Positions 60,189 through 64,000 of a DNA stretch of 64,000 nucleotides are shown one piece after another. A program made the translations under genes and the position numbers. Under the pieces are notes generated by a model. The model did not search any database, was not told the DNA's origin, and was given only the letters and a program-made list of their open reading frames with translations. Numbering within the stretch: position 1 is the first letter of the stretch; every line of letters starts with the position of its first letter. Source of the DNA: Fistulifera solaris (taxonomy: Eukaryota); assembly GCA_030295235.1 (NCBI GenBank), contig AP026123.1, positions 1,798,001 through 1,862,000 on the forward strand. Reading direction: 5' to 3'.

Positions 60189-61633
60189 TTACTGCATGTA
60201 AACCATATCATTCCCCACCGGACTGGGGACAACCTTGCGCCTCCAGTCTCCCGCCGCCACTTCTTCGGGACTGACATCCGTGATCTTATCTTTCGGTACA
60301 TAGACTAAACCATCCGTGGCATGCACCATCCAGGGCTCTTGTCGATAATCGTTACCGAACGGTTTTGGCAACAACCAATGCAAGCCGACGGTAATACCTT
60401 TGCGGGGCACGGGACGGAATTGACCTCCCGCGCGTGCCGACAAGAGACGCTTCGCTATATAATCCTTGACGACCCGACGAAATTCGTCCTTGGCGGGATC
60501 CACACTCCAGCTGCTGCATTTCTTGCACACCATCTTTTTCGCCGCGGCCGAAAAGGCCGCAATGGCCTTGTTGGCTTCCCGCTCCATGTCATCCGCCAAA
60601 GTCGGTGCTACAATGAGTTTGGAAAGACTTTTCTTTAGCTGCTCAAACGAGGCCTGTCCACACAAACTCATTTGTTCTTCAAACAGACCGTACAGTTCCC
60701 GCTCGACGCCCGTTTCCAAATAAATTTGACACTGTCGTCCCGCGGGGGACGCCAATAAGGCGGCCGCACTCGATCCCGCCGCCTTCACAAGACGACTCTG
60801 GGCCTGTTCCAGGGCCGCTTCACAGACTTGTCCAAAATTCGCCACGAGCTGGTGGTTCCATCGTCCGCAGTGGTGATGCTGCGGACCTGTTCCATGGCCT
60901 GTTTGAGATTCAGTCGGGCCGCTGGAGCTAACAATCGCACCGCCGTGACGTCGACGGAAGAAAGATCACGGATATCGGAAATATGTGCCGCCGCTTGGAG
61001 GCGACTCACCATTTGCGTAGTCGGAACTTTGTCAATGTGTTCCATTTGCGAGCTGTTCACTTCGTTCCAAGGAATGTAAGTAATTTGAGAGAAAATTCCC
61101 TGCAAATTAGTAACGCTTGGCGTTACCAAATGACTCAAAATCTCTTCGGCGGCGGCTTCCAACAAGGCTTGTGTTTCGGCAACGGGCAGGCCCTGCGGCA
61201 CAATCACCATCAATTTGCCCTGGGTCGCTCCCACCGCCACGAGCGATTCCAGTGCGGGTGCTAACGTCCGAAACAATCCTTCTCCGCGCAGTAAATCCAC
61301 GGCACTGGCGTAATACACAATGGTTCCATCGCACGCACACGCCGCCAATGTCGCCTCCGGAATGCTTTCGGGAGCCGCCACGATGTTACCGGACGCGGTT
61401 CCGACGACTTTGGCCGCCGATCCGGTCAGTGCTGTCAAGAGGGCATCTGTTTGACGCGGCGTGACACTGGTACTTGTGAGGAGGCAAGCCGCCGCCACTT
61501 GACTGTGATCTTTTTCCAACGCCGTCAGGACGTTGCGAAGACTTCCGGGAAGTGCCGAGGCATCACGGACGGTGGCGAGAGTGTATTGTGTGCATGTCGC
61601 CAACAGGAGAACAGATAATAAAGAATGTCTCAT
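60189..61633 (-). CDS. Signal-peptide-bearing hypothetical protein (frameshift ~60853)
   Basis: Two long overlapping ORFs join with a 1-nt shift; N-terminal signal peptide; no family recognised. Confidence 0.6.
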
Positions 61634-61950
61634 ATTCTATTGATTGCTGAGTCTCTGGATGGATGTTTGCAAGGATAAAAACGGATGCTTTTTTGTTGTT
61701 GTTATTGATGTTGTGCGTCTCGCGCCGATTGCCGTTGATTCCGCGTGTCGCACGGAAAGAGGCCGATCGTCTGTCCGCTTTACCCGCGGTCTATTTCAGT
61801 GCCGTACCGACAACCTGATAGTATGGGACACTAAGTGGGCAACAATGACATGCCGACAATAAAAAGGCGAGACATTTTCTCTTCGCTGTTATTGCCATGA
61901 AAAAGCCAAATAACGTAATGACATCAAATAGTAGCATCATTCGAAGGAAC

Positions 61951-62566
61951 ATGGGCAAAGCGAAAAAGAAGAACGAAGAGTGTTTCCCGCCTTCGTTATT
62001 GTTGTCGTCGGAACGAAACTCGATCCGCTTCGAAACACTCCTACCCGATCGCATTTGGATCCTCCACAATTTTTTTGACGCACGAGGAATGTCAAGCCTG
62101 GATTCAATACATTGAACAAGATATTACAATGTATTTGACACAACAACGCGGCAATAAGTACTATGCGCAGCGGGAATGTTACCGCTTTCAACGAAACGAT
62201 GAGAGTATGTCGCATCGTATCTATGAACGCCTTCGAGATCACTGTCAAGTGTTGCCGCTCGGACCCCCCATCATGTGCAACCCCAATTTACGATTGTACA
62301 AATATACCAAAGGCATGTCATTTGGAAAACATGTCGATGAAAGTCAGGTGATACCGGGATGGGGAAAGACGCGTGTGACCGTCTTGATTTACTTGTCCGA
62401 GTGTCAAGGAGGAGCTACTTCCTTCGAGTCGAATGTAGCGTTTTTGCCAAAAGAAGGAGCCATGTTATTGCACGTACACGGCGATGATTGTCTCGAGCAT
62501 GAGGGGAAACCAGTGAAAGGAGGAATCAAATACATACTACGGACGGATTTGGTGTATGCGAATTGA
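61951..62566 (+). CDS. 2OG-Fe(II) oxygenase (prolyl-4-hydroxylase-like), frameshift in T7 at 62070-62076
   Basis: LRLYKY...FGKHVD, VLIYL, GGATSF, HEG.PV..GIKYILRTDL (HxD...H...R). Confidence 0.85.
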
Positions 62567-62638
62567 AAGAACTTGAAGCACTGCCGTTCGATTTAACAGC
62601 AATTTTGTGGTTCAAATTTATAAAAATATAGAAATGTT

Positions 62639-63605
62639 TTACTGACGAGCACCTCGCTCGCGCCCAGAACCGAAATCGAGCGACTTGTACACAAATTTCA
62701 ACCATTCCGGTGTGTTCGAATCGTCGTCACTGTCGTCCGAATCGACCAGATACGCAAAAGCATAGGCGCTCGCCACTACCACGAAATTCGCTGCCCAAAT
62801 GAGTCCAGTGTCTTTCGTGGCCACGGGGGCCAATAAACTAATGGCCGGAGAGGCCAGAAACGCAATGTCCAGTGCCTTCTTTTCGGCACCCTTCGGGCGA
62901 CGACTGCGCAGAGAAGGAATGACAAAGAGCCACCACCACCAGTAACCCAGTACTTGAATCGACACATCCATGTTGTAGACTCCGTACCATCCGTAGCCAC
63001 CAAAAAGTGATGCCGGATTGGTGGCCATGACATAGCTGAGACCAAACGAGAGGATCGCTTGCGCTAAAAATATATTTTTAAGCCATCCCCGAAAGACAGA
63101 CCGACGTTCAATAATGAGATCCTTTTTCTTTTTTCGTAATTTTTTGACGCAACGCTTCGGCATCCTCCCCTCCGCCACCACCATCGCATTCGGCCGTCGT
63201 CAACAGGGTCTTATCGTCTCCTACTAGAATATCCGCGCGACCCGTCAAAGTCGCCAGTTCCATACGTAAATTGTACAAATCACGTTCCAAATTGACGACT
63301 TTGGCCGGATTCAACAACGCATCCAAGGGTACTCCGACATCCCGCTGAATCCCCGCATCAATGGCCTGGACGAACGGATCATCCGAGGTCAAGTCACCTT
63401 CGGCCGGCATGGACCAACCGACATTGTTGAGTGCATCTTGCGCTTCGGCGCGGACTTCGCTCGTGGTGGTTTCTTTCTCCCGTAATAACGTGATCGATGG
63501 TAGGGCCGCCCGACGCGATGGACCTACAAAGGCTCGACTCGGCGAGGACCACGATGCGGCCAAGACCAGTGTTATTGCGATGCTATTTATTCGAATCGGA
63601 GCCAT
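62639..63605 (-). CDS. Plastid membrane protein, RPH1-like C-terminus (frameshift ~63125)
   Basis: SRA-FVG targeting motif; IPSLRSRRPKGAEKKALDIAFL.SP..SLLAP..TKD..LIW.AN resembles plant chloroplast RESISTANCE TO PHYTOPHTHORA 1 (from recall). Confidence 0.55.
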
Positions 63606-64000
63606 TGTGATGCACTGCGAGCTAAAACTTTAGTTTGTTGCGAAATGGGATGACGGCAAACAACAAAAGCTTCTTCAAGGTGGTCGATCGGTCGATCGGT
63701 GTTTTTCGTTCATTCTTGGCTGGCTGGCCGGATGACGTACTCGTGACTGAGACTGGTACCGGTACGATATATGAACGTCGTACGTGTCCAGTGTACCACG
63801 CAGGACTTCAATTTGACGACTGTCCCAAAAAGGACTCATTCATCTACTGTTTGACACGAGGACTTTGGTACTCTTTTTCGTATGGTCAAGCCTCCTACGT
63901 AACACTTGCAGAAAAAATTCGGAGGAAAAAAGAAGCGCTCATCCTCCACTCACCGTGTGTTGTGAAAGAGAGAGTGCTGCTCTCCTCCTCATCCGTCGTT

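Noticed and set aside
19100..63130. Programmed ribosomal frameshifting or RNA editing system
   Set aside because: Shifts occur in both directions, in varied homopolymers, with no shared slippery motif or downstream structure; sequencing error explains them more simply.

Overview
Gene-dense eukaryotic nuclear DNA with short GT-AG introns, almost certainly from a diatom (probably pennate). The evidence is many bipartite signal-plus-plastid-transit N-termini, a nuclear-encoded plastid sigma-70, a nuclear-encoded mitochondrial ATP synthase alpha, a mitochondrion-targeted pyruvate kinase and a silicalemma-associated-protein-like gene. About 36 protein genes can be read, including RPS5, RPL37A, clathrin heavy chain, alpha-COP, ALG14, TIM9, Era and a PPase. 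The 15.1-23.3 kb stretch is the unusual part. It holds a 161-bp MITE (51-bp TIRs, 10-bp TSD), a ~220-bp tandem triplication, and two oppositely oriented arrays of a double-hairpin ~52-bp repeat with a ~207-bp higher-order period; one array is interrupted by a 321-bp insert with a 13-bp TSD. The arrays bracket a head-to-head pair of a mitochondrial pyruvate kinase (in-frame TAG) and a soluble NIT (nitrate/nitrite-sensing)-domain protein kinase. About 18 single-base frameshifts, mostly in homopolymers and all right of ~19 kb, most likely reflect long-read assembly error. No tRNA, rRNA or true CRISPR array was recognised. All assignments come from reading the sequence by eye; no searches were run.
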